Of a stretch of 64,000 nt of DNA, positions 40,892 through 56,287 are shown piece by piece; the first letter of the stretch is position 1; each line of letters opens with the position of its first letter. Where the stretch lies: the NCBI GenBank assembly GCA_951406725.2, contig OX597817.1:55180001-55244000 (forward strand), written 5' to 3'. The notes beneath the pieces were generated by a model, which saw nothing but the letters and a program-made list of their open reading frames with translations, was not told the origin of the DNA and made no database searches. A program made the position numbers and the translations under genes. The DNA comes from Octopus vulgaris (Eukaryota).

Positions 40892-41402
40892 CATATACAT
40901 ATATACATACACACATATATAATATATATATGTATATACATATATATATACACACATGCATATATATATGAGAAATATATAGCGTTTTTATCTTTCGCTC
41001 ATCCTCACTGTCTCACTTGATATGCTTTTTTTTATTTATGTGTGTGTTATTGCGTACGTGTGTGTACGTGTGAATGTGTCTTCGTACGTGTGTGTGTGTA
41101 TGTGTGTATATATGTAAATATGTTTAAGAGTGGGCGTGCGTTTGGAAACCCGAACCAAATTCTCTAAAACGTCTCTATCATCGTTCGCCCATTGTCATTT
41201 CAGACATGTGTTGTTGTCACTAATCAATATGGCGGACAGAAAAGTAAAAGCATTGTTACCTTGTTGATACTGACAGGTGTCACCAGCTTGTTTCCGGGTC
41301 TCACAAATAAATTATTCCTATTCAATCCGTGGAACTGAGACTGTTTCTTCCGCTCCTTACAGTTATCGTTTGTGTATATGTATCTATCTATACTAATTGT
41401 GA

Positions 41403-41725
41403 AGGGGCGTGGTTTAGTGGTTACGACATCCGGCTCACGATTGTAAGGTCGTGAGTTCAATTCCTGGCGACGAGTTGTGTCCTTGAGCAAGAAGCTTTAT
41501 TTCACGTTGCTCCAGTCCACTCAGCTGGCAAAAATGAGTAGTACCTGCATTTCAAAGGGCCGGCCTTGTCCCACTTTGTTTTACGCTGAATCTCCCTAAG
41601 AACTACGTTAAGGGTCCACGTGTCTGTGGAGTGCTCAGCCACTTGCACGTTAATTTCACGAGCAAGCTGTTCCGTTGATCGTATCAACTGGAACGCTCCT
41701 CGTCGTAACCGACGGAGTGCTCCCT
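41403..41725 (+). mobile_element. tRNA-derived SINE
   Basis: GGCGTGGTTTAGTGGTTA..GGTCGTGAGTTCAATTCC..GTTGTGTCCTTGAGCAAG head and core. Confidence 0.75.
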
Positions 41726-41910
41726 TAGATACATACACACTTACAAACACATACATGCACACGCATACACACCCATGCATGCATACATATGCTCACATGT
41801 GTGTACACACATATATGAATGTAAGTATACATTTATAAACGCATACATGCATTCTTTTATTCTTTTATTCTTTTATTCTTTTATTCTTTTATTTCTTTCA
41901 GTCTGTCTGC

Positions 41911-41953
<43 letters not shown>

Positions 41954-41955
<2 letters not shown>

Positions 41956-42370
41956 CACGGTGATTGAAAAATAACTCTCTTTTTTAAAATAATTATAAAT
42001 TATTTATTAATTGTAAGTTTTTTAAAAAATGGATATGAGAGGATAGTTTTAAGTACGAGGGTTTTTTTTAAAATTCGATGTGAGCTCCAAATTTTGCCAC
42101 CAGCTTCTTGTGGAGTGGAAGCCATAACTTCTCGTATGCCCCATTCAAGTACTCCCAAAATCTTTGGTTTGGTGCAGTAGACTTCTTCAACAACGATCCA
42201 TTCAACTCTCAGGGAAGTGGACATTCGGCTTTTCACGAACGACAAGATCAATATAGATTAGATTGTCATACTTGAAAAACCAAGCAAAAAATTTGAGAAA
42301 AAAAACTGCAATTAATAAGACGTTTATAAGTATTTTAAAGTAGGTAGTTACTTTTCAGTCACCCTGTGTA
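41954..42370. mobile_element. Tc1/mariner deletion derivative
   Basis: Imperfect TIRs TACACGGTGATTGAAAAATAACT / AGTTACTTTTCAGTCACCCTGTGTA; internal EEVYCTKP-like transposase remnant. Confidence 0.55.
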
Positions 42371-43128
42371 GGAGTGGCTGTGCTGTAAATAGCTTGCTTA
42401 CCAACCACATGGTTGCGGGTTCAGCCCCACTGCGTGGCACCCTGGGCAAGTGTCTTCTACTATAGCCTCGGGTCAACCAAAGCCTTGTGAGTGGATTTGG
42501 TTAACGGAAACTGAAAGAAGACCATCGTGTGTGTGTGTATATATTTATATATATATATATGTATGCATACATATATATATGTGTGTGTGTGTGTATGTAT
42601 GCATGTATGTATGTATGTATGTATACGTAAGTATGTGTATGTATATGTATATATATATATCGTCGAAAAGTTCCCAAAATAAGTACTAAATTTAACAATG
42701 AAATCCTTGTTTTCCTTATTTTATAATCGCTGACATAGTGGTACCTACAAAAGGCAAGTGTGCTTTCCGTTGTCACTGCGTGATATTTATGATTGATCTT
42801 TCAAAATATTTCCTTTCTCAACTTACTCAAGATCTTTTGTTTTTTATAAATGGGAGAGAGACAGATAGAGAAAGACAGGGAGTAAGAGAAAGGAAGAGAA
42901 ATAGAGTGGGAAAGTGAGAGAGAAAGGAGAGAGAAACAAAGAAGAAGAATGTGGTGATAAGAAACAGAAAGGAAGCAGCAAAAAGTAACAACCACATCCT
43001 CACCCGCGCGTAGAGTGGGTCACCTTAAACTAGTTATAACGTAAAAGCTAACTTTAATATACATATATATATATATGAATGTATGTATGTATGTATCTAT
43101 GTATGTATGGATGTATGTATGTGTGCAT

Positions 43129-43265
43129 AGGCGCCGGCGAGGCTGTGTGGTAAGAAGCTGGTTTCCTAATCCCATGGTTCGAGGTTCAGTCCTACTGCGT
43201 GCCACCTTCAAGATAAGCAAAAGCTGTGTGCGTGAATCTGATAGACTGCAAGTGAAAGTAGCTGT

Positions 43266-43329
<64 letters not shown>

Positions 43330-43520
43330 CGTGTGTGTGTTTGTGTATGTATGTGTTTGTGTGTGTGTCTGTCTGTGTTTCTCAGCCACTATCGGTTGAC
43401 AACCAGTATTGGTGTGTTTAACTCCCTGTGACTTAGCAGTTTGATAAGATTCCCGATTGAACAAGTATTAGGCCTAAGCAAAAGTAATCCCTGGGGTCGA
43501 TTTTTCAAGGCGGTGCCCCA
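43129..43520 (+). mobile_element. SINE family A, diverged
   Basis: Head, (TG)n tract and AAGGCGGTGCCCCA tail. Confidence 0.7.
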
Positions 43521-43934
43521 AGAAAAAGCAAACAAAATAAAACTTCAAAGGTCTATAGAGGGCGATCTTTTTAAGTAATCTTTGGGAATAATTGTACGTG
43601 TGCAAACAGTGCCTTAAAAGGTGTCTAATGATTGGGAATTCAACAAAACTATTTCTATCAGTGGCTGACACCTGAAGTTACTTATTTACTGTTCAAGAGA
43701 ATAAAAAAAACAAATACAAAAGAGAAAAATACATAATACGCGCACGCCGCTGTGCGTGTGTGTGTGTGGATGTAGCTGTGTGTGGGTGTAGGTGTGTGTA
43801 CTCGTTTTCAGTGAATTCTCACACATTTTTTCTCCATCTCGATTTTCTGTCTTTCATCCCATTTTATATTTGCGCCCCCCGCAATACACATATGTATATA
43901 TATGTATGTATGTATACATATATGTATTTATACT

Positions 43935-43978
<44 letters not shown>

Positions 43979-43983
43979 TAGAT

Positions 43984-44075
<92 letters not shown>

Positions 44076-44237
44076 AAATGTTTATGCATGTACATATACA
44101 TATATGCACACATATCTGTATTAATATAGAAATGTACATTGGCATTGGGAATCTATCTGTCTGTCCATTTATCCAGCTATCCAACTATTTGTTTATATTT
44201 CTATATGTGTGTATGTGCATGTATATATACATATACC

Positions 44238-44339
<102 letters not shown>

Positions 44340-44737
44340 TACATGCATATACACAGAGATATTTACACTGAGTTAGAGTGTGAAGCGGAAGTTACAATGG
44401 TGTATGTCGTGGATGGAAGTATTTGTTGTAGAGAACGATTTGATGGGTGTCGAATCTGTGAGACGCCGGCAGCGCCAACTCCAAGAGCATCTCTTGGCAT
44501 ATTACAAAATCGATAAGTGTTCAGGCGAAAAGAGGTTCTCCAGGAAAGCCATCCCTCATAATTAGTTCTTGCTAAAAGAAAGTTCCCTTGCAAACTGTTT
44601 GTTGGACATGTCGCCGTGAGGGCTTACCTCTCGCTGTAAATATTCATTTGGTACGACCCTAGAGGGTACACCGGGAGTAAGATGGAAGTAATGGATAGAG
44701 AAGTGGCGGATTTTATATACAAATATACAGGCATTTG

Positions 44738-44768
<31 letters not shown>

Positions 44769-45326
44769 ATGCGTGTGTGTGTGAGAATGGGTGTGTATTG
44801 AAAGTGGGAGAGATAGAGTGGGAGACAAAGTAAGAGAGTGGTGGTTAGATATAGAGATTGAAAGTAAAAGAGGAAGTAAGAGAGAGTGAGAGAGAATGAG
44901 AGAGCGATGGGATTCGGAAAGATAATAAATGTGAAATCAGGAGCAGAGGTTACAAGAATAGGAAAATTGTCATACACATATAAAAGCACGTGTGAGGAGA
45001 CACAATCATATGTATGCACAAACATAATTATAACAACAGCTCATACATATACGCACGCATATAAATGTAAGCATGGATGCATGTGTATGTGAGCAAGCTA
45101 TCAGTAGAAAGGCTGAAAAAGAGAGAGAGAGAGAGAGAGAGAGAGGCTGGGACTGTAAGTGAAAAAGATAGGAGAGAAGAAGAGAATAACCGATTTGGAA
45201 GTCTAAAGATACAGGATTGGATACGCGATGAAATAATTCGAAAAATATGAGGAATACAGAGAGAATTTAGAGATTCATATAGACATATACACAGATAAAA
45301 GTGTATATATATATATGTGTGTGTAC

Positions 45327-45373
<47 letters not shown>

Positions 45374-45459
45374 CATACGTACATTCATACATATATATAT
45401 ACATATATATATATACACACGTACAAACACGCACACAGACATACATACACAAATATATA

Positions 45460-45675
45460 TAGTTAATTTAGAAAATGGAGAAAAAAGACAACAGGAAAAA
45501 TCAACAACGCGAGGACTGGTACATACAAATGTACTAATAAAACCCTCAGAGAAGGAAAGAGTGGTTGTTTTACGTTTCGAGCTAAGCTCTTCTTCGGAAA
45601 GAGGAAACATAGGAAAGTCCAAAACAAAAGGAATAAGGTGAAAAAGTGCCAACAATCCACGTGTAGCTACATCTT

Positions 45676-45731
<56 letters not shown>

Positions 45732-45856
45732 GCACACATACACATACACACGTGGATTGTTGGCACTTTTTCACCTTATTCCTTTTGTTTTGGACTTTCC
45801 TATGTTTCCTCTTTCCGAAGAAGAGCTTTGCTGGAAACGTAAAACAACCACTCTTT
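45460..45856. mobile_element. Foldback HHR element: arms 45556-45664/45748-45855 around a TA tract; left arm extends ~95 bp further
   Basis: Near-perfect ~108-bp inverted repeat. Confidence 0.8.
45568..45600 (-). ncRNA. Very small hammerhead motif, U4C core (mirror copy 45812-45844 has a helix II mismatch)
   Basis: TTT-CCGAAGA-A-GAGC(TTA)GCTC-GAAA-CG-T-A-AAA. Confidence 0.6.
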
Positions 45857-46084
45857 TAATAAAAGATATCTTTTATTAAATTTTTTATATTTTGATATAT
45901 ATTTAAAATAATATAATTTAATTAATTTTGTGCATTGGCTTATGTTTTTCATTGTTTGATTTGCCTAATAGTGGTTTTATCTCTAATTTAATATAATATA
46001 ACATAATATATTTATACTATAAAATTGGATTTAATCCTAAATCTGATTTTTTCCCTGTAAATTTGGATTTATTCCCTAATATTT

Positions 46085-46120
<36 letters not shown>

Positions 46121-46524
46121 GCACACATACACAATCACACGCCTGTAAGTGGGCGTGTATGGAGAATTAAATTGTTAGCTTGAAATTTTTGTTAAAATAT
46201 TCGGTTGTTATGCATTAAAAATTCATACTTCAATGCATACACACATACATACATTGAAGCATATATCTGGAGCAAAATATTGCTGAATCTGGAAATTTTG
46301 CGAGGGAACGTAAATTCTTCGTTCATACACTACAGATGACATCTGGGGCTATAAATATCTGCAATGCATTCTATTGGGTAGATGTTACATATATACTGAA
46401 TAACAGTATAACTAGACTCCACACGTTTCATGCGTATGTAGCACGCCCATTTCATCACACACTTCTAACATCTTTTCTACGCGCCCAGGGAAAGTTTAAG
46501 TCACGTGGAGCTTGGTGTAACCGT

Positions 46525-46575
<51 letters not shown>

Positions 46576-46880
46576 GTGTGTGTGTGTTGACCGCTACCTA
46601 TAAAAGTTTTTTTAATTCTCCCTGCTTATTTCCTCGAGTTCATTTCTGTTGAGGAGCGTAGGCTCGAAATGTAAAAGACTTTCTCACCTCCTCAGGCGTC
46701 AAAATTTACACCTGCTTGTTGGTTATACACCTTTCTTCGTCTTTTGTTTTTCTGTAAATTTATATTTACAGAATTATATAAACGCGTGCCTGCTTGTTGT
46801 GTATGTGTTCATTTATATGTGTATGTATGTATGTATGTATGTATGTATGTATGTATGTATGTATGTATGTATGTATGTAT

Positions 46881-46929
<49 letters not shown>

Positions 46930-47267
46930 CATTCATATGTGTATGTATGTATGTATGTATATATATATATATATTTATATATATATGTGTGTGTGTGGAG
47001 ATGTTGTGTATGCATACATATACACCCATATACGCACATATTTATATGTATATAGGTAACCACATACGTATATGCACATACAAGTGTACACAGCACAGAC
47101 AAACATTTATATTGGTAGATAAGTTTCTTTATTGGCCACACAGGGCTGCACACAGATGGGACAAGTTACAAGGTAGAGCTTCTCTTTTGGGGGATGAAAA
47201 AAACAAAAATCAAAAAACAAAAGGAACAAAAAAAGGTGGCGTAGGTTTTCGATCAAAATTATATTGG

Positions 47268-47352
<85 letters not shown>

Positions 47353-47526
47353 GGAATGATGAAAGAAAGAATGGACAAAGATGGAGTACAAAAATAATGC
47401 GAGACTCAATAGCAATGGTGAGATTGGGAGAAGCGAAGAGGAAGAACTGTGAGAGCGAGCGTAGAAGACTGAGAGAGAAAAATGACCGAGTGTAAGCTAG
47501 AAAGAGATTTGGAGATGCAGTATTTC

Positions 47527-47594
<68 letters not shown>

Positions 47595-47975
47595 ATATAT
47601 ATACACATATATATATATATGTGTGTGTGTGTATGTGTGTATATATATATACGTAAATGTATATAAAATTAGACGTGTATATACATAAATAGATAGAGAC
47701 GTGTGTATACATATGCACACCTAATTACATCCAGCTATGCAAGCAAATGTTCTTATACATACACAAAGACATACACGGATGCATATGTTTATATACACAC
47801 AGCCACATAAACTTATATAAATTTATATGGAAGCATAAGTACCTATATACATATATATATATATGTAAATGTATATATAGAGAACACACACACACATATA
47901 TATATGTATATAGAAATATATACACATATACCCACATATACACATACATACATGCATATATACATACACACACAC

Positions 47976-48006
<31 letters not shown>

Positions 48007-48674
48007 CATATATCTATGTGCATACTTGCACATATTTTCATCCTTTGGTACAAATGTATACGTACACATATACATACATGCATACGTACATACTTTCATA
48101 TATATGCAAACATGCGTATATATATACACATCTACACACATCGCTGACATATAAATGTCAGCGATGTGTCAGCGAAGTATTATTTCACACATTATATTAC
48201 GTCGTTTATTATGAAAGTTCGAACAATTCTCCAGCTCCTTCATCTTCTTCGCCTTCTCCATTTCTTCCCAAATGCTGCAGTTCTTCACTCTCCCCCTTTC
48301 TCTCTCTTCATCTCTCTCTCTCTTTCTCTTCCTCCCTCTTTCTTTCTTTCTCTCTCTGTTCCCAACCCCAACGCCTGAACTTGGTTGGAAATTTAATTAA
48401 ATATAATCTATAAACATCTCTACTGGCAGCCGTCAGGAGAATATCGCAGAAGTAACGTGGTCACGTGGTCACATGATGTGTATATGTGCGCGCGCGCGTG
48501 TGTGTGTGTGTGTACCTGCATGTGTGTGTATGTATGTGTTTGTGCATATGTGTGCGTGTGTTTATTCTTGCGTTTGCATGTAACTGTGAGATGTTATGTT
48601 AACTTGACGTTAACTGTAGGTTGTATGAATGAAGATGAGAGTGTTTGTATGTACCTATGCTTGCATCTAGTTGG

Positions 48675-48803
<129 letters not shown>

Positions 48804-49182
48804 CACACATACATACATGCATACATACATACATACATACATACATACATACATACATACATACATACACACATATGACCTGTATATTTATATATCTCTA
48901 CCAGTGCGTGTGCATGGTTATCTGCTGTTCCTAACTGTGTGAATATGGCCGTAAGAATATGTGATGTATGAGGTGTATATTTGTGGAGGTGTGCTGCGGT
49001 ATATGAAACGGTCCTACGATTGCTAACTGGGAGTCGTATATGCGTCTTAGGTATTATGCATGTATGTATTTATGTATGCTCGAATATATATATATGCATA
49101 GCCACGTTTGTATGTGTGTGCATTTTAATACATGCACCTTTGTATATGTATATATATATACACAAACATATATTTATTTATT

Positions 49183-49215
<33 letters not shown>

Positions 49216-49235
49216 GTATGTATGTGTGTATATGT

Positions 49236-49268
<33 letters not shown>

Positions 49269-50900
49269 AAGTTTATGTGTACGTATGTTTGTGGCATGGT
49301 TTCTTTGTATGCACATACAAAATATATACCTAAGTGTGTGCGTATCTATGAATGCAAGTTATACAATTATTATTGTTTGCCTTACCTATCTTTGTATGCG
49401 CTTACGCATATACGCCAGGGATGTGCCTGTGTTTGAGTATGTTTGTATGTAGGTCTATGTATACATATGCAATTTTGGCAGAGAGAGAACTACTTGGGAT
49501 AATGAAGGTATTGACCATAAAACCATTTTGGATTTGACAGACCACTGGTTCTTGTCAGGAGTTTTGTTTAAGAGAGTTAAATGAAATATCATCGCTGTGA
49601 TCGGTTGTAGTTATAAATTCTGCATGGCGGCTTTGTGAGTGATCTAGGAAGACAAACCCTTGAGGAGTAAAACTTGATACGAAAATATGAAGAAAGAATG
49701 TGGCACTCAGATATAAAATAGTTTTCGTTAAACGAGAATTTTGGTAAGCTGCTTCAGGTGTGAGAGGTCAAAGTTTGTTTTAGGCCATCCTTAACACTCA
49801 GTCCATATTCCTAACTGGGAATATTGGGGAACAGGGGAAATATAAACCACGAATATAGCTTTCTGTATGCAGTTATCCCGTCCTGCAATGTTGATCCGAG
49901 ATCTTGGTTTCATAGGCAGACATTACCGTTTCGATGGTTGAAGGTTCCATCAAGGTAGTAACTATGAATTACAGCCATATCTATGCTTGAATTGTTATGG
50001 CTAGTGTAGCATGACCGCCAACAGGGTGTAATATGGAGTTTCCCTCAAAAATGCGTTGGCAATTGCTGCTTGACTTGAAGATGAGTCTCAAAGAATCGAC
50101 AAATCAGTGGGGGGGAGGGGCACTGCGTCACTTTAAGGGGAACTATCGAAGATTATATACACTAACGAATTCAGTGGACATATATAATCATGTACACACA
50201 CATATACGTACACTTACGCACACACACACGCATTCTCACACACATGTGCGCGCACGTACACACACGGACACACACACGCCTGCATACACGTACAAACAAA
50301 ACATACGCGCACACACACAAACACACCTCTCCACATATATATATATATCATTTTCTACGCAGTATAAAGATACGAGCTACAAATACATATGTGTATACAT
50401 ACATACATACATACATACATGCATGTATTCATACACACATACATTCACATATACATATACACATACATACATACTTACATACATACATATATGAATACAC
50501 ACACATACATACACACATACATATATACATACATACATACACACGTTGGGCTTTGCTTCAGTTTTTGTGGGCCAAAACCTCCTTCAAGGTTTTGGTCTGC
50601 TCGAGACTATGCTAGAGGGCACTTACCCAAAGTGACACGTAGTGGGACTGAACCAGGAACCGTGGAGTTGGAAAGCAATATTTTTAGCAGACAGCCATAC
50701 TATGTATGTATGTATGTATGTATGTATGTATGTATGTATGTTTGTATGTATGTATGTATGTATGCATGCATGCATGTATGTATGTATGTATGTATGTATG
50801 TTTGTATGTATGTACGTTTGTATGTATGTATGTATGCATGTATGTATGCATGTATGTATGTATGTATGCATATATATATGTATGTCATTGTGCATTTGTA

Positions 50901-51390
50901 TTTCAAGATTTCTTGCCAATAGAGCAAGAACCGGTTTCTAACCTAGATCCAAGGCACCTTCATTGGAATTTCAACATCAACAACAGAATATGTTTGTATG
51001 TATGTATGCATGTATGTTTGCATGTATGTATGCATGCGTGTAAGTATGTGCAGATTTGTATGTTTTATGTATGCATTCTCATGCATATAGCTACATATCT
51101 AGACATGCTCAGATGTACTTAAATAATAAATTTCTGGAAAGTTTTACGGATTTTTATAGTTCCAGTGGTGGATTGGATCTGTTGGCTTCGAATTAGCTTT
51201 CTCGTGTATATATGTATGTATGTATATATGTGTGCATGTCATTTTTCAGTTTTCTTTTTCAAGATTTCTTGCCAATAGAGAAAGAACCGGTTTCTAATCT
51301 AGATCCAAGGCTCCATCATTGGAATTTCAACATCAACAACAGAGTATTTTTGTTTGTTTATATGTATGTATGTATGTTTGCATGTATGTA
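50901..51390 (-). repeat. Two direct copies of a ~90-130-bp repeat (50901, 51257) within (TATG)n, each with a divergent HHR-like fold
   Basis: TTTCAAGATTTCTTGCCAATAGAG.AAGAACCGGTTTCTAA.CTAGATCCAAGG... occurs twice. Confidence 0.75.
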
Positions 51391-51622
51391 TGCATATTTA
51401 TATACATTGAGGTATATAACGCATATGTGTACAGGAAAAAAATACAACACAGTTATCCGACTCATATATAATCATAATTAAAGAAAAAAAATACATTATT
51501 AAAAATGATATAGGAATTATTGGAAAAAAATATTGCCAAATGCCATAGCTTTAGGAATATTTTCTAATTAACATTGATAACAAATGAGAAAAAACTGACC
51601 TTCAACACTACGTCTATATGTT

Positions 51623-51655
<33 letters not shown>

Positions 51656-52018
51656 TAACATACACACACAAACACACACACGCACGCACATACACATACG
51701 CGCGCACACAAATATATATAGGGCAAACTGTGACAGAGTTCGTCGTGTGAAGAAACCCAATAGAATTTGCTGCAAAACAAAGGCAGCTGTCGTTAACGAG
51801 TGGAGACATTAGGGACTTTGAAGAAACAAGAAAATGCAGAGATAGGAATATGCTTCTTCTGTGTCTGAGAATGTCTGTTATGTTTGCAGTTTCCCCCTTT
51901 CGATTATTTGTTGTCGTTTTTTGTTTTTTGTTTTTTGGTTCCTGTTCGTGTTGGTGATATTATTGATATAAATGCCTGAGAGGGTCAGGCAGAAGAAGAA
52001 AAGGTGGTGTAGAAGGAG

Positions 52019-52392
<374 letters not shown>

Positions 52393-52746
52393 GTAAAAGA
52401 AATAAAAATCGAAGAAGAACAAGAACAAAAACAACGATGACAACAACAACAACAGTAACATCAACAACAAACGTAAAAAATACGAAGCAAAAGAGTTGCT
52501 GAATGAACAACGATAGCAAGAAGACGATGATGGATGAGAAGCATTCGATGAAAAAAAGATGATAAATGTATAAAACTACATAGATAAATAGCGATTCCCA
52601 TCAGAATAACAATTACAAGACCAACGACAACAACAACAACAACAACAACAACTGCAACGATTAAAGGATCGTAAACCTCAGCTTTAATAAGATCGTAACT
52701 GAGTTCCAGAAGAAAGCCAAGGCGCAGAATAAGATTAACCGAGAGC

Positions 52747-52783
<37 letters not shown>

Positions 52784-52827
52784 CCGCCACCAACGACAAC
52801 AACACCAGCAACACCAGCAGCAATGGT

Positions 52828-53225
52828 GGAGGCGTGATGGCCCGGTGGTTAAGGCAGCGGACTCGCGGTCGTAAGATCGCGGATTCGATTCCCGGTCCGG
52901 GCATTGTAAGAATTTATTGAGCAAAAACACTTAAGCTCCACGAGGCTCCTGCGGGGTGGTCGTGGTGAACTCCCCTAGACCATCACCTAATCACCATTAC
53001 TCGTCTTGTTACTTAACAACAACAACAACAACAGCAACAACAGTGGAGGCGCAATGGCCCAGTGGTTAGGGCAGCGGACTCGCGGTCGTAAGATCGCAGT
53101 TTCTATTCCCAGTCCGGGCATTGCGAGTGTTTACTGAGCAAAATCACCTAAACTCCACAAGGTTCCGGTGGGTTGGTGGGGGGTTGAACCCCGCTGTACT
53201 CTTTCACCACAATTTTCGCTCATTC
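52828..53225 (+). mobile_element. Two tRNA-derived SINE heads (52828-52970; 53044-53225), each following AAC/CAG-rich repeats
   Basis: GGAGGCG..ATGGCCC.GTGGTTA.GGCAGCGGACTCGCGGTCGTAAGATCGC occurs twice. Confidence 0.8.
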
Positions 53226-53238
53226 TTTCTTCCTACTT

Positions 53239-53472
53239 CTTATTTCTTTATTACCCACAAGGGACTAAACACAGAGAGGACAAACAAGGACAAACAAATT
53301 GATTAATTCGATTACATCAACCCCAGTACGTAACTGGTACTTAATTTATCGACCCCGAAAGGATGAAAGGCAAAGTCGACCTCGGCGGAATTTGAACTCA
53401 GAACGTAGCGGCAGACGAAATACGGCCACGCACTTCGCCCGGCCAGCTAACGTTTCTGCGAGTTCGCTGCCA
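53239..53472 (-). mobile_element. SINE family B
   Basis: Family match. Confidence 0.88.
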
Positions 53473-53583
53473 TCTTAGTGGAAGGATATCGACTGGAAAT
53501 AAAACGTTTAGATGTGAGAATAAAATCTGTAGAAATTACGAGATGCCAATGGTCAGAGAACTGCAAGGACAAGGAGAGATAGA

Positions 53584-53584
<1 letters not shown>

Positions 53585-53659
<75 letters not shown>

Positions 53660-54176
53660 CATGATGGTGGCGGCGGCGGTGGTGGTAGTGGTGTTGGTGA
53701 TGGTGGTGGTGGTAGCGGCGGCGGTGGTGGTTTTGGTGTTGGTGTTGGCGGTGGTGTGGTGGTGGTAGTAGTAGTAGTAGTAATAGTAGTACTGGGGTGT
53801 GATAGTGGTAGTATTGTAGTAGTAGTAGTAGTAGTAGTGGTAGTCGTAGTAGTGGGGGACAAAGGTAAATCTGATAAAAGTGATGATTGTCCTCATGACA
53901 AGGGCTGTGTTTAATATCAATATTCCTGCACATGATGATGATGTTGGTGATGATGAGAAGGAAGAAGAAGGGGAGGGGAGAAGTAGGAGGGAAGGAGACG
54001 GAGAATGGGAGGAGGAAGAGAATAAGAGGTGGGGAAGGGGATGCGTAAGTGAAAGAGCAGGAGGGGGGGAAGGAAGGATCGCTATACTGACAGAGAAATG
54101 ATAGACGACAGACGTCCTGAAGTAAAGGGCAGAAAGGAAGAATGAAAGAAAGAAGGAAGAAAGAAAGAAAGAAATA

Positions 54177-54228
<52 letters not shown>

Positions 54229-54610
54229 GAGAAAGAAAGAAAGCAAGAAGGAGATGAAAAAAGAAAGCAAGAAGGAGATGAAGAAAGAAAGCAAGGAAGA
54301 AAGAAAGCAAGGAAGAAAGAAAGCAAGGAAGAAAGAAAGGAGAGGAAGAAAGGAAGAAAGAAAGAAAGAAAGAAGGAGAGGAAGAAAGGAAGAACGAAAG
54401 AAAGAAAGGAGAGGAAGAAAGAAAGAAAGGGAGAAAGGAGGAAAGAGAGAAAGAAAGGAAGGAAGGAAGAAAGAAAGAGAGAGATAAAGAAAGAGGGAGA
54501 AAAAGAAGGGAGAGAGAAAGAGAGAAAGTAAGAAAAAGAGAAAGAAAGAAGATGAAGATGAAGACGACGATGACGATGTGGATGATGATTATGATGATGG
54601 AGAAGAGGAA
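53585..54610. repeat. Low-complexity block: (TAG)n, (GGT)n, (GAAA)n
   Basis: Direct inspection. Confidence 0.9.
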
Positions 54611-54923
54611 GAACCGTAAAAACAAGGGAGAATCTAGAGAATAAGGAAGCGGTGAACAACAGCAAGAAAGACGATATTAAGAAGAAAAGCGAAAAGGAGA
54701 ATATGATAGCCTGAAACAGTCTCAAGAAGAAGAACAACAACAAGAATGAAAGAAGCGGAATAATGATTAATTTCTCAGACAATTCACTTCTCAAAGATGA
54801 TGACATTTTGGTCAAATTCCTTCTCCATCAGTTTTGTTTCGACAATCTGAAATAACAAACTAGCACTAGGAATTGAAATATTATGACTCTCCTCCCAATA
54901 CATTCTTCGTAGAAGGTCTGTAA

Positions 54924-55037
<114 letters not shown>

Positions 55038-55084
55038 TAATAATAATAATAATAGTAATTATAATAATAATAATAATAATAATA

Positions 55085-55703
55085 GGCAAGACGTGGTATG
55101 AACACAAACCGCAGAAAATGGCGGAGTCGGAGACAAGTGAAATCCTCTGGGATTTCGCTATCTAAACAGGTCAGGAGCAAGAGCATAACAGAGCGGACCT
55201 AGAGGTGGTGGCCATGGTACACCACATATGCTATATAGTCGATGTTGAATACCCCTTTGACCCATGAATAGTCAAGAAGGAAGGCAAAAAAATAGATAAA
55301 TACAATCCTCTTAAGTACGAAATAGCCCAGAGTATGAAAAATGAAGAAGGTGAAGATAGTGCCGATTATTGTTGCGTCGTTGGGAACAGTATCAGAAGGC
55401 ATCAAGAGGAATATAAAGGAAATAGGAAAAGAGTGCCCAGAAGAACTGTTGTAAAAGGTTTGCATCCTTGGCACAACCAGAATATTCAGGAAAGTTTTAG
55501 ATAGATGGAAACAATGAATAGCATGGTAGTAAGCCCACTATGCATGCAAGACTCGAAGACATTCATTAGTACAACACCCCGCCCAAATATATGGCACACT
55601 AGGCATAACAACAACATGAACTTCCAACCCTGTTGTCTCTTGAGGTCTCTGGGTGAGACTTGGAGCCAACTTGGACAAATATAAAGCAAAAGTCAAACAT
55701 AGA
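55085..55703 (+). mobile_element. Dong/R4-like non-LTR retrotransposon 3' fragment (restriction-like endonuclease), decayed, between (TAA)n tracts
   Basis: WYEHKP..ILWDF..HNRADL..IVDV..PFD..KIDKY..L..EI..VPIIV.SLG..LGTTRIFRKVL. Confidence 0.85.
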
Positions 55704-56214
55704 ATAATAATAATAATGATGATGATAATAATAATAATAATAATTGCGAAGTAGGCGTATCCATGCAGCTCTATCCAAGCTGCATCGATACGTATAAACT
55801 GGATGAACTTATATTGCAAATAAACAGAATGCAACCCGTACAATCATGTACACACACACAGCCATATTCAAATGCACACACGCAAAATGTTGACCCGGAA
55901 CTCATCGCCAAAAGAGTTTTTTTTTTTAATTCTCGAAACCATTCGGCAAATTCATTTGTCACACTAATAATAATAATTAGAATTTTTTTGGTAATGATCC
56001 GCTATTATATGTTGGTCTTATTGATCTCCTATACAAAAGTTTCTGATCCTCTTTTCAATGGCGTTCTCAGTGAAAACAAACGGAAATTGGAGAAGCAACG
56101 CAGCGTAATGTCAGCGCATCGCTTCTGTTTCGTTTATAAAATCAAACAAGAATACACTCCAATATGCATACATACATACAAACATATACAAATGTATACA
56201 CATACACACATATA

Positions 56215-56233
56215 TGTACACACGAGTGTATAC

Positions 56234-56287
<54 letters not shown>

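Noticed and set aside
46414-46465. Minus-strand GTGATGA..GCGTG/TACGC..GAAACGTGTG HHR-like motif
   Set aside because: G3/G8 mismatch, no helix I and G at position 17; at best a decayed relic
52828-53120. tRNA-like sequences (also 41403, 6313, 24678)
   Set aside because: A/B-box heads continue into repeated SINE bodies; no complete cloverleaf seen
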